Shown here: positions 62,278-64,000 of the stretch, piece by piece
Position numbering within the stretch: position 1 is the stretch's first letter
Layout of the letters: every line of letters begins with the position of its first letter
NCBI RefSeq assembly: GCF_021869535.1
Contig: NW_026262745.1
Span: 74,152,001 to 74,216,000 of the forward strand
Length of the DNA stretch: 64,000 nucleotides
Direction: 5' to 3'
From: Mytilus californianus
Lineage: Eukaryota
Notes under the pieces: generated by a model
The model's database searches: none
Seen by the model: the letters and a program-made list of their open reading frames with translations, nothing else
What the model was told of the DNA's origin: nothing
Translations under genes and position numbers: made by a program

Positions 62278-64000
62278 TCTTCGATTGATGTTGCGAGTAA
62301 TGTAATTTTAAATCAGAGGAAAGTAGTTTATTGCTTATATCTTTTGATAACATTTTTATCATATGGGCGACGTTACATATGTTTTCTTAATGGGACAAAC
62401 AAAAAACTCTCTTACTCTGAAAAACCTGCATCTAAACGGAAACAATTGATTTTTGGAAATGTTATTATATGAAATGAAAAAAATAGTTTTTAGTTGTGTG
62501 AGTGTCCTTTACTTAGTATTGACAAAACCTTTCTGTCCCTCTTTAATTTTATACAGAGATCACAAGGTTTAGTGATTAAAGGTTGTTAAATTTGTAAACA
62601 AATATATTTGTATATCAATGATTAACAGTTTATATGTGATTTAATTGAATTCACCGGTTTTGATGTCTCAAAGGCAGTATTACAAGGACCCATTTTGTTG
62701 CTTCTTTAATTTTAGAATTTAAAGGTACTGCGTGTCAAATAACAAAGATACCGAGACATAAGTATACTATATATTAGTAAAATACATTTAAATTTTTCTT
62801 TGATACTCACTTAAGCGCTTCAATATTCTAGCTTATGTTTAAAAGCCAAAAAAAAAAAATAACATGCAGAAAACCTAGATAGATTTTGATAATGTGTAAT
62901 CAATATTTAAGTATTTTCACCAGACTAACTTAAATACAAATTTTGATAAATTCCATGTTAAACAAAGATTCTTATTTGGGTTTAATATCTCATTACAGGT
63001 AAAAATGTTACTCTATTCTAACTATTTTCAGGTAATTGTTCTTATATACTATTAGGTAATTTTTCACCATCGTGTGGTCTTCTTTATCGATATATTATTG
63101 ACCTTCCCCAAAATTCCATAGCAAATGATGCATGCGAAACATAAAAACGTTCACTTCGCTCATTTATCGACGTGTCCAGTCTTCTTCAATTTATTCATTA
63201 ACGCAGATTATTTTACATCAGTAAAACACTTAGTCGCTTTTGGTTCTTATTAGAGTTTGAAGTCGGGTCTTATGATTTTGCTATTTTGTTTTTAATAAAT
63301 GACTTTGCTGATGATAGTTCAGCAATAAACGCAGTTTAATAAGAAATATTAATACATTTAACGTAGTTTAACAAGGACAGAAAAGGGTAACTTTTTCATT
63401 AGTCCCATCCCCATGAATAAAAAAAAAAACAAAAAACAAAAACAAAAACAAAAAAACGAAACAAAAAAAGCGATTTTTAAATTAGAGTAGAAAATTATGG
63501 TAACTCCGTGTATTCTTTTGACCGACAGTAAAAAACATTTTCTTAAGTGGGTTGGTCGACTGGCTTTAAATATTCCATGAAAACGCATTCGGTTGGAATG
63601 GGGACAGAGTGGACGTGAAAGGATACTTATTTGTGTTTTTCCCGCTAGCTTCAAGGATGCACATAATATATGCAAATCACAAGATTTACTTAGCATCCCG
63701 AATGTTGACTCTTTATCTATCCATTAACCAGTACTAAGTCAATCTATGTTTAAACTTCAACCTATGAAATGAAGTTAACTGAAGTTTATCAATTTTATCT
63801 GAATAAAGATAAATAAATATGTTGCAGTGATAAAAATGTGTGTAAGTAGTTCATTTGGTGTATGATCAAAAAAGAAATCGGTCAGACCACCGTGTACTCA
63901 TTGATATACATTTGTATGTAAAGTGTTTATTTCAGTCGTTCTCAGTGTTCATGTTTTTTCTCTGGAAACAACATATTTAATTAAAATAGAGACTTCAGTG

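Overview
This is AT-rich, intron-containing animal DNA, most likely a mytilid mussel (inferred from the C1q-domain gene cluster and the repeat families; not verified). It holds a cluster of secreted coiled-coil/C1q-domain (C1qDC) genes: two complete spliced models (16268-22430 minus; 59376-62277 minus) and two paralogues with no C1q exon found in the window (28107-30151 plus; 38406-38730 minus). These sit in a dense transposon landscape: a ~257-bp satellite with higher-order structure split by a CACTA/EnSpm-type element, nested TIR elements, tRNA-derived SINEs, the end of a probable hAT element, and a decayed THAP/DDE_Tnp_4 transposase. The strongest result is a 5'-truncated Naiad-type Penelope-like retroelement (30455-32918). 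Its 604-codon RT frame has exactly one in-frame TGA, at a normally Cys position, and a well-formed form-2 SECIS lies 40 nt after the stop codon, so it probably encodes a selenoprotein reverse transcriptase. It lies in sense orientation inside a C1qDC intron, with a frame-compatible cryptic splice acceptor. A ~365-bp tandem retrozyme array with minimal dimer-type hammerhead ribozymes, plus several dispersed and variant hammerheads, is also present. Everything was read by eye; no searches or folding programs were run.
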